DNA of 63,731 bases, filler included, from Hyphochytrium catenoides (lineage: Eukaryota > Protista > Hyphochytriomycota), in assembly GCA_900088475.1 (NCBI GenBank). It is 8 parts of 8 records of this genome, joined end to end, with 100 filler letters (N's around TTAATTAATTAA, not from the genome) between each part and the next. Parts side by side here need not be neighbours in the genome. Positions count along the whole stretch, not along the records: positions 33,965 to 52,361 come from FLMG01002785.1; 7 more parts are not named here. One strand, given 5' to 3'. Positions 34,858 through 49,269 of this stretch are shown here, in pieces. Each line of letters begins with the position of its first letter. Positions within the stretch are counted from its first letter, which is position 1. Position numbers and translations under genes: made by a program. Below the pieces are notes generated by a model. It did no database searches. It was given only the letters and a program-made list of their open reading frames with translations, and was not told the origin of the DNA.

Positions 34858-37779
34858 CTATAGATTAGTTTGCTGGCCACGCCGCTCAAGGCATTCTAGA
34901 AGACGAACCATAATCCTTCCAAGCTCGTCTGAGCTGCCGGTAAGCTCGTCTGCTACCATTTGAATAGCACTGCCCTTGAAGTGGGCAATGTACGTGATCC
35001 TCGACTTTGAGTACGTAGTTGCGGGGGCTGTTCTGGAGGTGTCATTAAAAAATCGTTTTGGCAGGTAACTGGCAAGCTTCGAGGTGGGAGTGGTGCTGTC
35101 AAGGAGTGTGATAGGAAGCACGTCGCTTTAGACATAGAATTAACGAGGAAAAGTATGTGCAGTACATCCTCTACCTGCCGACTGGATCGCTGTCCTTTAT
35201 GGGTTGGATAATAAATCCTGTAGTAAGAACCTCTGACCTTTCATAAGCATCCCGAGGACCCAGTCGGGGATGATCAATGGAGTGGAATGCTATCATCTTG
35301 GTGCTTCCATGAGAGCCCACAGATCGAAGGAGGCAATAGTCTTGGACACTTCTCCCGTCCAAGGCCTTAAAACCTTCCCATACAATATCGTTCAGGTCGT
35401 CTATCGTTTCCTTCACCTCCCCTTCTTGATAAAGGGGATCCCAGTCCCGACGATTGTTCAGATCATAGAGATACTAGGAGGTGGACAGCTCATCAGCTCT
35501 GTCGACGTGAATAAAGCATTTGCATTCGTACTGACCTCAAGGCTGCTCTCAGCAGTAGCGTTACAAACTCCACTCAACCTCATAACAATGACAGCGTCAC
35601 CCTTTAACTCCTTGATAAACAACTCCACGCCAAGTTTTCTGCAGGGAATTGCTTAGCTTAATGCCCTGGCGATCTGGAAATAAATCAAAGCCATACTCAG
35701 GTATGCGTTCCCATTCACTGGCGGGCGAATAAAATATTCTCATCAGCGCAGTGGTGTTCTTCATACAAAGCTCCGTCATAGAACGTGCATCTTCATTATA
35801 ACTGTTCAAAGCCCCGATGAGTACTCGAATGCAGTTGCTGGCAGGAAGTAGAGGTATCGACTAAGTCACTTACATCCACCCCTCCATCGAGACGCTTTTA
35901 CACCTTTTAATCACTTTTCGGTCTAAGCGAACTCTTCTTCTGCCCTGGGCATGGTTGTACTCCCTAATCGGCGGAAGAATGAGTTACGGCGTGAAACGAG
36001 ACGAAGTGGCCAACTCATCTTCCCGTACCTCAGCTCTTCAGGAGTCTCAGGCACGGCAATCGGAATGCGCACGGGCTTGAAGAACTCATTCACTGCCACA
36101 ATCGTGAAATATGCAACGTTGATGGAGCGGGAGTTTCCCTGAAAGGAAACCAGTTAGCGGTTCGAGGCAAAATGGGAATGTAGAGTACTCCATACCTTGA
36201 GGTCAAGCGCCTCAACATTGACATAAACCTCCATCGTAGTCTACAGGCAAATCACCAAGGCCCATTAAGGGTAGAGTTAGCTGAGGTTGTGGTTTTGGCA
36301 AAGCCGACGGCATACATGGAAGGCCCGCGTCACGAAACTGCTGATCTTGACCCTGTCTCCGACTTTAGAAGGCGCCACAAAGTTGATAGCATCAATGCTG
36401 GAGGTCGTTACGTAAGGCTTGCGACAGTGTCGTTGAGCCGATAATCGAGCGGCGCTCTCCATCCATGACTTCGTATTTATACCCGGCTTAGAACTCACCA
36501 TCTATAGCCACCGAACTGTTGATAACGTACCATTATTTTCCCTCCAAACGTGTTTCCCATATGGTTAGCATCTGGTGGCAAGACCAAGTGGGTTGCCTCT
36601 ACCCGGGAGTCCGAGCTGTATCTTCGTCCTGCCTCTTTCTGCTCGCTTTCACTCTGTTCCACAAACTCAATCTTCTGCAGCGGCCATCAGCACTCCATAC
36701 GCCTTCATGCAGGTTCATGTGCTCTGACCTGATGGATAACGGACATCCTCTCCTGTGGGGTCTCTTCAATGGTCTTTGTGCGCTTCAAGCGCAAATTTCT
36801 CCTTACGACACCAAGCTCACGTTGAAGCTTTTCGTCGTCATTTTCAGGTAGCAAAGTTGGCAGTTGAATCTACAAATAATAACACCGGTAAACCAGGGTT
36901 TGAGGGTCACGATGAAATGTAAGGTACCTTAGGATCGCCTGGCCTCCGAAGCTGAACAAAGACAAAGAACGCGGTGCAGACGTTCTCCCGTACGTCATGG
37001 ACAATGTCTTCGATGGTAACGCTAACACTGACCTCTACAGAACTGTTGAAGGCCACAGTCACCTAGGTCATAGAGGATGCTCTTTGATTAGAAGTGTCCT
37101 TATATAAGGAGAGGCATTATCAACGGGAAGACTGACATGGCCCGATATAAGCAGGACAGCTCCGGCCTCCACGGGCTTCTCAAACTGTCAAATAGGTGTG
37201 TTAGAAGCTTGTTATGTGGCAAATAAGTGTATAGGCTCAACCCGACTGACTTACATCCAAATCGTCAACGCAGGCTGTGACCATTGAGGCCTTCGCAAAG
37301 CTCTCGGCAGCCATACAAGCGCAAATATCCATCCATTCTAGCAGTTGACCAGCCACCAGTCGGCCCTGCAGTCACCAGTCACCCAAACCTTTCTCAGTGA
37401 TCGGCACTGCTCAACCCACAAGGCAAACTTTACGTACCGTCTTGTCAGTGTTCTGACTTGTTACCTCCTCCCACATGTCCACTCTGGTTTGTGAAACTGT
37501 AATGCCACCCGCATTGATCGAAGGCTGAGTGGTAGCGCTTCCAGGGGCATTCCCATCGTTGCCAGATGACACATGGTTCGAGACACCGGTAAGTTCTCCC
37601 CCACTCTGCTGCTGGACTGCTAGGACCTCATTTGACCCCGAAGGGGAAGCGGATGATCTCGTCTCTTCAATACCTGCTGGCATGCCTGCTTTCGCACTTG
37701 TTTCCGATGATTGGCGTTCCTGTGCCACAGAAAGGTGGGAGATGTCTGTCCCAGCTTGCACATGAGGAACTGACATCAT
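34858..37779 (-). CDS. Acyl-CoA thioesterase with two hotdog domains plus a START domain (ACOT11/ACOT12-like); start uncertain
   Basis: Spliced exons: [90 protein letters not shown]; START-like QDYCLLRS...IAFHSIDHP...RSEVLTTGFIIQP...SRITY. Confidence 0.88.
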
Positions 37780-38329
37780 TTGGTCTCATGCAAGCATACC
37801 AACGTCCATACTGCTCAAGCAAAGCATTATCTGACTTCAAGGCTGCGATTGCAGCACTAAATAACAGTTCTAATACAGAGATACGGCGATGTTTCTCCTT
37901 TATATCTCTAGGAGTTGACTGTCTGGACGATCAGAACCCCAATGAGACAGGCGATGGCGAGCCGGGCGACATCCAGACTGCATGATGAAGAGACAGGCGA
38001 AACGGCGTTCAAAAAGACATAGGAACGATGATAGAGAGGACCATCCCATCGGTGTCGTTGTAGGCTCACTGTATGTGCTCGCGGCGTTGTACGCGCAGAG
38101 TGAATGAGAGAAGAGAGATCTTTCAGAAGCTTGTGATGACAGATTTTTTGCAGCATCTTTGATCTTTCAAGAGCTCTAAGATAACCATCAACCTTCTTGA
38201 GTCCCAGACGTTTGTGACAACTAGGTGCTTGGTACGTTCCTATACGTATACCTCTAGGAGCATAGCTCACGAGCCCTCAGTATGACACGATTCCGTTGGC
38301 GAAGACAGAAAGTGGCCGACACATGAGCT

Positions 38330-40054
38330 ATGAAAGGCTCTAATAAGGACATTCTCGGCTTGGTGTCAGGTGGTGGGACGGATTGGTATAGAGTCATCGG
38401 ATTCTTTCTTCTCACACTCTTGCTCGCCAACTTCCTTGCCTGGATCATCGAGTGGCGGAGAAACGTTAGGATAAAGACCAAGGCGGAGACGTTGGCCAGC
38501 AAACGAGAACAGAGACAACTTCCACCGGTGCCTGTCAGTATTGTCACGGGCTTCTTAGGAGCCGGGAAGACCACTCTTCTCAACAGGATCCTCACATCCT
38601 CAACTTTGGGCCTGCGGATAGCTGTAATAGAGAACGAGGTCAGGTTGCGCTTGCAGCTTATGTTACCGATACATTCCTTGTTGCACTAACCTCGACCTAG
38701 GTGGGCGCGATTAGCATTGATCACAGTCTGCTTAAAGAGGGACACGAAGGAATTCCAGAAGAGGGCATCTTCGTACTAAAGAATGGATGCATGTGCTGCA
38801 CTACGAAGAGTACCGGCAACGAGGTTGAGCGTGTCCTGGACGTCCTTCTCCGGATTGCTGATATGGAACAGTATGACTATATCCTCATTGAGACCACTGG
38901 GCTAGCCGACCCAGGCCCCATTATTCAGACTTTCCTTCGCATTGGAAGGTAACCTAAGGCATAGGCCACCATCAACCTCCTTTCACCTCACCTGTGGTCT
39001 TCATTGCAGGACATCCTCTCCGTGAACCCGCCCTACCTAGTCTTCCTTTTGACCTTAGTTTGTTACCATTCTGTCCCTTGATGTGTTGCCATACCCAGGA
39101 AACGCTTTTTCTTGGATGGTGTTATCACATTAGTCGATGCCAAACACATTGGCAAGCATCTTGCCGGCGCTTCTGGCAAAGCAAGAATGGCGGAAGCTGA
39201 GAGGTACGACTACCAACGTAGCACTGGCTTTCACGCGTCACGACCCTTGGGTTCTAAGCTTCCCCTTCATATCTTCTGCCGTTCCGCGGCTCTGCTACTA
39301 GACAAATAGCATACGCTGATGTACTCGGCATCAATAAAACTGATCTGGTCTCTGAAGAAGAGCTAAACAACGTCACGAGACAGTTAAAGGATGTGAATGC
39401 CTCGGCAACAATCTTATACGCCTCGAACTCAGGTTGGTTGTTGCTGTCAGCTGCAGAAAAAAGACCTAGATCTTACTGCAGATAATAGACCTAGATCTTA
39501 CCAAGGCTCTGTCTTCGTCCAGGATTCCCCTTCAGCAATATACTGAACATCCGAGCCTTTTCGGAAAGCTCCCTTCCCGACACTTTCGAGACAGTGTCGC
39601 AGGGAATCCACACCGAACACGTCTCTTCTGAGAGCTACAGAGTTCGAGGGGTAGTAGATCTGGACAGAGTGAACAGTTGGCTTACACGGCTTTCTGACAT
39701 CAATCGTGGGACATTGTACCGTTTCAAAGGAATATTGGCCTTAGGAAGCGACGCAGGCCACTGCGTGGTGCAGGGTGTTATGGAGACATTTACGCTCTCC
39801 CTTACCAGAGTTTCCAAGGTAGGCTCAACAAGCCTAATTAGGACCTGCTCCTAATCTCCTTGCCCCGATGATCGTTATCTTTAGGCTTATTTGGCTTTCC
39901 GCAGGTTGATAAGGAGACGTCTGAGATGGTTTTCATTGGCAAACATTTGGACTCTTTGAAGCTGAAACAAGGCTTAGAAAGCTGTTTTGTGGGTGAACAT
40001 TCCTTTATCTTCTCCTCTGACAGCGAAGGAAAGCAACAAAGCCAGAGCCATTAG
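38330..40054 (+). CDS. COG0523/CobW (ZNG1/CBWD-type) G3E metallochaperone GTPase with an N-terminal hydrophobic segment
   Basis: [63 protein letters not shown] and Cob[10 protein letters not shown]...VVQGV...MVFIG. Stop at 40052-40054. Confidence 0.92.
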
Positions 40055-40131
40055 CGACCCTCGGGTCGCAACTATATATGAGTAAACATCTAGGATAGCA
40101 GAAGGGATATGGTACTAACATGAACAGGTAT

Positions 40132-42080
40132 CTAAACAAGATGCGGTCTGTTCAGTATGGGAGGAACATATTCCTCCTCCTCACTACTCCATGCGTCCTG
40201 TTGAGCGCTCTCTCTTGTCTCCTCTCTACACTGCCCAGAGACCTCTGCAGTACTAAGCGAAGGAGGAGCCCAAACTAGAATCAGCCCATCTGCACCTCCG
40301 GAAATAAGCTCCTGCGTGTGATAACGGTATGCGAGACCTGTAACTCTGCCATAGTGACCCTGAAATTTCCTGAGGGGTCTGCCCGTGGCTGAGTGGACTG
40401 GGTAGACAAAAATATCTCCTTTCTCTCCATTTGGGTGGAATAGCATACATGTTGAAGCGGCCCCTGGAAACAATGGGGAAGGTGTGAGCCCAGGCTTGAC
40501 GAGGTCGCAGTCACGGGCACCGTTGACAGAAGAAGGACAGAGTTTGTCCTTGAAGTAGATGACTGAAGCATACAGAACGCATATAGCAGCCTACGTAGAA
40601 AGTAGGGTCCTACCTTCCTGGAGAACGCACATTGTGGACCCATTGGTGTTCGCTGTCCGACTGCCCAAGTAATTTACCAGCTGATGCTTTCCCGTGCACG
40701 CATCCCACAAACGGATTTTATTGTCCTTCCCACTGCTGAGTATAAAGTCTCCAGTTGGAGTGTATGCAAGCGCCAAGACGGGACCGTTATGAGAAGAAGC
40801 AGTGGAAAGGCTTGCCATGGCATGAGGTCCAGTAAAGGACTCAGACTCTTTCACTTTTCGTCTTTTCAACCGCCGCCTGGAATTATATTCTCCGTCCCCT
40901 CGTACCTCCTCGAACTCTGGTGAGGCGCAAGACGTGTCAGGTCCAACGGTAGAAGACAGAGATGCTGCAGCAGCATTGTCTTGGTCAAGGACCAAGAGGC
41001 AAGCTGTGGCTCCGGAGCGCCGTATATCCCAAAGCCTAATTGTCTTATCTCTGGACCCAGAAACAAACTGAAACTCGTTGGACGGTGACCATGCGATGGT
41101 GAGTACTGCATCCCTGTGGCCGATTAAAGTGTGACTAGAAGCCCCAGAAGTGATGTCACAGAGACGAATATTTGGGGTCATCAGCCCCGCAGCGATCAGG
41201 CAGTGCTGTTTAGCGATTCCCATCTTGCAGCTGTAGACTTTCTCCTCAAAGGCAAAGCCGCATACAACCTAATCGCAAGGCAAAACAGTCCTTAGAAGTG
41301 AAGAGAGATGGACAAGTTCTGTCTCGCCTCTAATCTAATGTTAACTTTCGTGCCTTACGGGTGACTTACTCTCCAACTTCACCTCCCCCCATAGCTTTTG
41401 ATATCTGCCTAGTCACCCCCACAGCGCGGTTTTCATTGTGTCGCGCAAAGGGAGGCCTTAAGGTGGAACTCACCGTCATGGCATTTGTATCCCAAACCTT
41501 GACGGTCTTGTCCAGGCTAGAAGTCACGAACATCCCTGAGTCATGAGGGTACCACTGCACTGTAGACACAAGATACCGGTGCCCCGGCACATCAATGTCC
41601 TATGAACGTGATTGAAAGACAATAAGAGAGAGCTGCGACCTCAATGTAATTTGTCTTACATTGGAATTAGACTGCCCGATGCGTGGGACAGAGCTTAATG
41701 GTAACACTAGCTTCGCGTTGGAAGGGACAGAATGGTGACGCTGATAACCCAGGGGCACAGAGTGAGAGACCCCGGGCCCGTCGGTCTCCAGATCGTATAT
41801 CTTGATGCCACCATCGCCATAACCCACTAAAAGATAGCGATCTTCAGCCTACAGATATGGTGTCAGTCCACAAGAAACCTGCCACCGATCCGTTCATTCA
41901 GTCGACCTGTTCAATATCTAGTTGACTAACGGGGAGTAGATCGTCATCACCGTCAACAATCTTGAGTGTCTGAAGCTCCAAGCTCAGAAGGCGCTGATTC
42001 CGAAGCTTACGTTGCAGGAGACGGGAAGGAGTTTGTCCGGACTCTCTTTGTCGCAGTTGACTTAAGGAGAATCCATCCAT
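40132..42080 (-). CDS. ERCC8: WD40 DNA excision repair protein ERCC-8 / CSA
   Basis: [78 protein letters not shown] and C-terminal DAWSSEEE. Confidence 0.92.
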
Positions 42081-42759
42081 TCTAGGTCACAGTAGACGGT
42101 GCTTCTTTTGACCTGGCCCTACCGAAGTGAGCAGGGCCATCATATGCTCACCACCCTAACAAGGCGCCAGAGGTGCCCATATAGAATGATGCGCCATAGA
42201 GCCTAGCCTACCATGTATCGCGCCGAGACGTCACCTGCCAGCAGAGCTCAAGCTAACGGGGCGTAGGCAATAATGATGACGATCTCAGGCACCAGGAGCT
42301 TGTTGTGCATTCTGCGGCAAGCGGCACAAGTCTTCCGCAAAGCTGTTTATAACAAGGCGGTTTTGCTAGAGTTTTGCGGTTAGCGGCTTATTCTTATGGC
42401 TTTGATGAAAGTTATGTCCTCTTGCTATCCCTCAACTTTCCTACATAGATAGTATGTGGATGATGCCTGGTGATGACAGAGCTGACTGATGGCGGCGATG
42501 GCAAGCTAGGAGTAGAAGCAGCTTTATCATCATCACGCCGCTGCTGTCGGGATAGGGCAGCAAGTAGTGATGCCTTCGTTGACTCGAGGTATTCAGAGTG
42601 CCAAGCACATGTATCTTCCACTTCTTCCTTCCTTGGTCGCCCGTGTTATGCTGTCGGTACTACAAGGGACGATACTCCTCTTCACTCCGCTTATTCAGGG
42701 GCATCCTTCTTCTGCTCCTTATTGGCTTTTGGCGATTCTTTCCAGGCCTTCCGTGGAAC

Positions 42760-43486
42760 CTACAGCAGCAATGCTAGCCACCCTCCAATGTAAGCGAGCC
42801 CACCAATGGGCTACAAGATTGCATTGATAAGGCATTGAGAGAACGCCGAGGGAAGATTAGAATCCTAGCTAAACTATCAAAGGAGCGAAGCCCATTATAT
42901 GTGCGAAGTCTCACCGTGATCATTCCAAGCTTCTTCTCTCCCGTCAGCACCAGCATGTACAAGCTTCCTGCCCCATCCGCATAGGTGATTTTTAAGTTCC
43001 TTTAGACTCTGAGACAAAGCTATCGCCCCTACCTGCAAATATAAGGTTCCCTGCCACAAAGAGCCCGCCTGGCCAAGAGGGATTACGTGCCAAAGGCGTC
43101 ACCAGAAGGGCTAGCGAATGAATGGCCTGTGGTGGGGAAGCGAAAGCAAACAAGCATGAGCCTCTTATCATTCAGATCATGATGGAGGACGTCTCGGTGG
43201 CAAAGAACTATGAAGTCTTGAACCTTTTGAGCGCTCTACCTGGTAGTGGGTGGCTGTCTGCCATACTTGCAGGTAGTAAGGATCCTTCACTACCTTCTTC
43301 AAGCCATGCGAACCAAAAGCACCTGGACCAAGTTGAGCAGGAGAGCCTAAGCGACATACCTCCAGGGATTGTGGAGTATCATTGGAGGAATGCTAAGGGA
43401 TGCTAGTTACCTAATGCAACGCTGGTAGCACCAAAGACAGCGCCAAGCTTCCACCAAAGAGACGCCGTGATCATTGCCTTGCTCAT
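42760..43486 (-). CDS. TMEM256: TMEM256 / DUF423 small membrane protein, five short exons; not recovered by the ORF track
   Basis: Spliced: MSKAMITASLWWKLGAVFGATSVAL-GAFGSHGLKK...VWQTATHYQ-AIHSLALL...LFVAGNLIFA-GSLYMLVLTGEKKLGMIT-PIGGLAYIGGWLALLL*. Confidence 0.9.
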
Positions 43487-44104
43487 TCTTGAAAGCACTG
43501 TGACTCTTCTACGGCGGGTCGTGCTACGTTCTCCTCTTCCCTTCTTGAGCTATGCCGGGTAAATGAGAGCCTATCCTCTCAACAGTAGGCGCAGACGAAG
43601 CTGATGCGATTGTCGTGCTGTGTGACTGGACGCACACCTTCCTGATAAAGGTAGACAGAAGGTTATCACCTTTCTGTGTCTTCAGCTTCTCAAGACTTCT
43701 TCTCTCCTCTTCTTCATGCCCGGGCAGATGGAGACTCGATCTCTCTGCGATCAAAATCATTATAAAAGAGAACACACCTTCTTCTGTACCCGGAAACACC
43801 CGCTAACGGCCGAACATCACCGCTTCCCAAGATGCTTCAAGCTTCTCATCAGAGCTTTTCGAAGGAGATCTACCTGGGCTAAAGGCATTGACCGTCTCCT
43901 TTCCTCGGAGCGATGATCAAGGTTGAGGGCTGAGAGCAGTTAGGAAAGGCGGTTTCCTTGGCAGAGGCAGGCGGACAGAAGATAGGATTATCGCTATCAT
44001 TCAGATTTCAGAAGATTGAGGTGAATCGAAATGGGGTAAGTTGATGGAGAAGTGAAAGGACACGGAGTACTGCCTCGCTCTAGGGTTGCTGCAGAAGAGC
44101 AAGC

Positions 44105-47100
44105 ATGGCAAACAATGCTGAACCCCGCCACCTCCCTGGCGCTGGGGAGTTCCCGTCAGAGGTCCAGGAAGTCATCGCCGCTGTTCTGCCTTCCGAGGAC
44201 CCTTTGGACAAGGCTCAGTTTGACCCAATAGAGTTCATCAACCGAAACTTTCCTGATGAAGAGTCTTTAGGTGCCTTTTCGTCAAGGAATAGGATAATTG
44301 CTAGCCCTCTGCTAAAACTATGCAACAGGAGAAGTGGAGCCTTTCATTGCCAGGCTGGGTGGAAAAATCAAGGAGCTGGAGGTAGAGCTGAGTCTGTCCG
44401 TCCAGGACCAGTCCAGAGCAGGAACAAGAGCCACTCAAGACTTGGACGAGGCTAAGCAAACCATAAAGCTCCTCTTTGGGAAAATAAGGGATATCCGAAT
44501 GAAGGTTGGCCCTTGCGGCATTCTCTGCGGCTCATGGTACTGCTCTTCTTAACGTCAGGCACTTAGGCTGAGCAAAGTGAAGTGATGGTGCAAGAGATAT
44601 GTCGAGACATCAAGCAGTTGGACTGTGCCAAACGCCATCTCCAGACAACAATTGGCACTCTCAAGCGGCTCAATATGCTTGTTACCGCAGTTGATCAGGT
44701 CTGAGGCTTCTCTATCGGCGTCTTGCTCTTCCTGTTGGACACATGTCCTGCTTCATTCCCGCGTGCCTCCGCTGAAGACTCTACACCTTCGAGTGCTATC
44801 CTTCGTAACAACAGATCGGTGTTTCTTGTGATTACTCGCTGTCCTGTTTCTGATTCCTATCGACCTAACCCAAAGCTGCGTCCTACAGCTAAAAGGGACT
44901 GTCGAGTCACGTCAATACCGAGAGGCCGCCACTCTGCTCGATGCCGTCAAGCACTTGTTTGAGCACTTCGAGAGCTACATCTCGGTCCCAAAGATTATAG
45001 AGCTCAGGGAGACAATAGCAAAAACCAAGGCAGAGCTCATCTCACAGGTAAGAGTAGTGCGAGAAATACGAAGTCTCCATGCACCTTTTCAGCCTGTCGC
45101 TCTGGAAACTCACCCTTTCATAGGCCATCTACGCTGCATCTTCTTGCATCTGCCCGTTTGTCCTCCTTTATCCCTTGATATGTGTCAGATCCTTCGTCCA
45201 ATGCTCATCTGCTGCTGGAATAGATCTTTGGTGATTTCAAGGTAGTCGGGACGCTGGGTTCGGAGAAGATGGAGGATATGGAGACTGTCAAGGATCCGAT
45301 GGTTAGCCCGTCGATACTGCTGGGAGCGTGTTGCGCGGTTGACGCCCTTGGTAATCATGCTTTTGCTGGTTGTTACTTCCTTTTGCCCACTTTCGCTTCA
45401 ACATTTCCATTTTGTCTTGCGGTCCTCGCCAAATTAGGTGATCGGGCAAATCGCTGGTAAGCGTTATTACATATCTTGTTGTCTTATTTACCCGTCTCCG
45501 CTTTGTATCAGGTGAGGAAACGAGAGACCAGTTGCTGAAGGCTTTTGCAGCAGACCAGCTCGCTCCTTACGTGAAGGCTTTTGGAAAAGGTTGTTTTGTT
45601 TGTGACTGTAAATACGACCGAGTGACACTCTAAGCTTACTTCACGTCCAACATCCACAGGCGGGGAGTACTACGGCTTGGAGCAGACGGAGCTGAGATAT
45701 GTTTGGTATCGCCGAGTGCTTCGAGGCTTCGACGAGAAGTAAGTAAAGATATACGGTGGCTCGTTGGGAGCTGAGAGGATAGCTGTGCCTTGATGGGTAT
45801 GTCGAGTTGTTGGCAACCAAGAGTGGCGGTGGATGGAAGTGCCTCTCGTTTAGCACAAGAAAACTGAGAAGATATAGGAAAAACAACCTCTTCCACATAC
45901 GTTCGTGCGAGACCACTTTTTGTTCATCCTGACACTCTAACTCTCCTGATCCCCAGATATGCTGGCATCTTTCCGGAGGAATGGAAGGCAGAACACCGAC
46001 TTACCATTCAGTTTTGTGAAAGGACTCGATGTAAGCTTCCTTTCCCTCACTATTTAGCCATGAGTCAACGTTCTAAGCTTTCGTCCCTCGCACTGAACCG
46101 GTGCTTCCTCGTCAATGTCAGCGCAACTTCTAATAATCTTGGGTGCCCAGGAGCCGGAGCACATTGACGTAAGACTACAGGCACTGCCTATCCAATCTTT
46201 TCCACTGAGCTCCACTTTATTCGCGCGATCACTTCTTTTCTCTGGTCCTAAGCTAAACCTGACAATGGCCATCCGGTTAGGTGCGAACACTTCTAGCGGC
46301 TTTGCAGCGGACGCTTGCCTTTGAGAAGGAAATGGCTAGCCGGTTTGAAGCCGGAGAAGGCGAAAGAGGAGCGATAGACAATGACGGGGATGAAACCTCT
46401 AGTCAGAGCAGCAAGAGAGGCTCTTTGCCAACAAAAGGACGGTAAATCGCTAGTTGAGCTACCAGGAATAACGAGAGCATCAACTTAAAAGACAAAAAGG
46501 AGCTGCTGGCTCGCAATAAATCATAAGGCTAGAAGTTGGTGGTGTTGCAAAACCGAGAGTTTGCTAACAAGGCCACACTAAGCTTCGAGGAGGCTAAAAG
46601 GTTTCGTCGCTGAACCTTCTCTGTGTCTAGGATGGATCCCAGCGGCCAGGGAGATAAATTTCCTTCGTTCCTCGGCTTTATCTCGGGATGTTACGACCCT
46701 TATATGATGTCTTACATTCAGGCGGAGAGAAAAAATATGGACGATATGATGACTCAGGTGAGTGGGAAAGAGAGTGAGCTTTTTGCACTCTACCCGGACA
46801 TCCTTCCCAATAAGGCCCAGAATCTCCCCCCTCTTGCTCTCTAAAATTGCGGATGCTTAGCTTCGCTTTACTCTCTCCTCTACCAGGTGATGAAGGAAGA
46901 GAAAGTGGATCGTGATGGGTCTCTTCCTGTCTTCTCTTCCTCCGTGAACATGTTCACATACATCAAGAACTCGATCAGACGCTGTACGGCGCTTACTAGG
47001 GGCCAGACTTTCTTCTCGCTATACAATGAGTTCAGGGCAACGTTAAAGGCCTACAATGGCATCCTCACTGGTAAAGTGGGAAACCCTATAGAAAAAAAAA

Positions 47101-49269
47101 CAGCTAGCCTATATCAGCTTAAGGATTCTTAGAGCAACGGCCGATTGGGCATCCAAGCTCCACCGACCGGAAGAAAGATCTTGTAGGCTAGGAGGAAAAN
47201 NNNNNNNNNNNNNNNNNNNNNNNNNNNNNNNNNNNNNNNNNNNNNNNNNNNNNNNNNNNNNNNNNNNNNNGTTCGGTGAAGCGTACCGACTGGCAGATAA
47301 GCAGGTAGATCACTTCCCGTTCAATGTGCGCGTCAAGAGCGAGATCTGCAAGCTCAGAGGCCCAATTTCTATTTCCCGCTACTATCGCTGCAGGAAGAGG
47401 ATGTCTGCTTTGTGACCAACACCGCGGAGTATTGTGCAGAGACTATTCCACAGTTGGCTGACACAATCAGAAACAAAATTGACCCAGCATATCAAGATGG
47501 TAGAATACTCTCTTTTTTATACCGTTGTAGCGTGGTCGTTCTCCCGGTCCATGCCGTTCAACGTTCTCTTTCATTGCTGCTGCTTATTCTATATTACCGT
47601 CTTCGTACATAGGTTATTCCTCTTTGCACTAAAGCACCTTCCCCACCGCTCCCCTACTTCCGCTATTTTTCTATCTGCAGCGATCGACTTGACTCCAGAT
47701 GTGGATTCCTTTCACGATGTTGCAGCAGCCGCAGTGAAATGCCTGGTGTCCGGTTTGGAGCTCAAGCTCGAGCCTTCCTTAACAGCGATGCAAAAACTAA
47801 ATGTCGCCACCTGGTATTCCGTGATCTCTGCTGCGAACAACTTCTTCAGACGAACTAATGGGCCCCTTCTTCCTGTCTGTCTTGCTGCAGCGACAATGTA
47901 GGGGACCAGTCTTCATTCATGCTTCAGATAGGCGAAGTAGTGGAAGGCTTTGTGCCTGCAGTGCGATCCATGCTATCGGAACTCTACTTTAGGAGTTTCT
48001 GTGACAAGTTCGCTGCATCCTTTATCCCAAGATTCCTCAGCAACATCTTCAAGTACGCATATTGTGCTCTCTTTAGTCTCTCCTTCCCTGCAGAAGCCGT
48101 TCTGCCGCCTAAACTCTGTCACCCATCATGGACTCTCTCAGATGGTGCTACACGCGGCTCCCCGCCCCTTGAAGATCTCTCTCTGACTACATGTACTCAC
48201 ACTCTATTTTCCTGTTAGATGAGCACTATCTTTGTGACCTCGCTTTCGACCTTCTCGCTTCTCTCTCCCTTGTACCAACGCCCACTCTGTGTTAGATACA
48301 AAAAGATGAATGAAATGGGCTGCCAGCAGCTCTTGCTTGACACCTACGCTCTGAAGACTCTTCTGCTTCAGCTTCCGGTGTTAGGTCAAGATCACCCTGG
48401 GCAGGTCGGTGTAGACAATGCCCGCTAGGGCCCTCATGCTTATCTAGTCTTCTCTCCAGCTTGCAAGATGCATGTCCTCAATCGCTAACTGGGGGCGGTC
48501 TTAGGTTCCTGCCAGTTATACGCGTTTGGTGACGAAGGAAACTGCCAAAGTGGAGGCTGCGCTCAAGCTAATTAGTACTCCAACTGAAATGCTGGTGCAA
48601 AGCTTCAAGGTGACTAGGAGCTTGGTTATTACATCCATTCTCGTTCCCTGCAACCTTGGACCTCTTATAGCGTGTTTTCCTTCTGCTTCTCTGGATGCGT
48701 GGTCATTTGTTGCTTTGGCTCTGGCATGGCTTGTATCTCACTCATAGGTAGTGCCAGTTTATAATGCTACCCTCTAGTCTTACTTCTATCGCCCGCCTAG
48801 TGACTTTTAGTTGTATGTTCCCTGGCGTCTAATGTGAAGCTCTGCCTCTTTAGTTGATGTGGCCTGATGGAGATGGAGGTGATCTTCAGAAGATAATGGC
48901 CGTCAAAGGACTGAAGAGAACAGACCAGCAGCAACTTCTAGAGGCCTTGGTAGGATCACATTTACCATTCTTTTCACTTTTGTCTCATCGGAGCTCATCC
49001 TTTAGCGTTTCTTCTATTATCGACTTCTACTGGACTGTTAGCTCGTGTCCTCTCAATCCCTATTGAGGCTATGCTCCCTGTGATCTCTCTCTGAATAACG
49101 AACTCTCCAGGGTATACAGTCCAAGTCGGCAGGCCCAGGAGGGTACCAGCGACAGATAGAAGACATGGAGACGAAAATGAGCGACATTCAGACCTCGTTC
49201 AAGGACAAGATGCAGTTTCTTAAGTCTGCCAATCTAGGGGCCAGCGTCTCACAGTTTAGACTTGGATGA
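44105..49269 (+). CDS. VPS53: GARP/EARP complex subunit Vps53, multi-exon
   Basis: [99 protein letters not shown]. Stop at 49267-49269. Confidence 0.93.

Noticed and set aside
39462-39500. 15-bp direct repeat AGACCTAGATCTTAC in a CobW intron
   Set aside because: A simple local duplication with no element between the copies.
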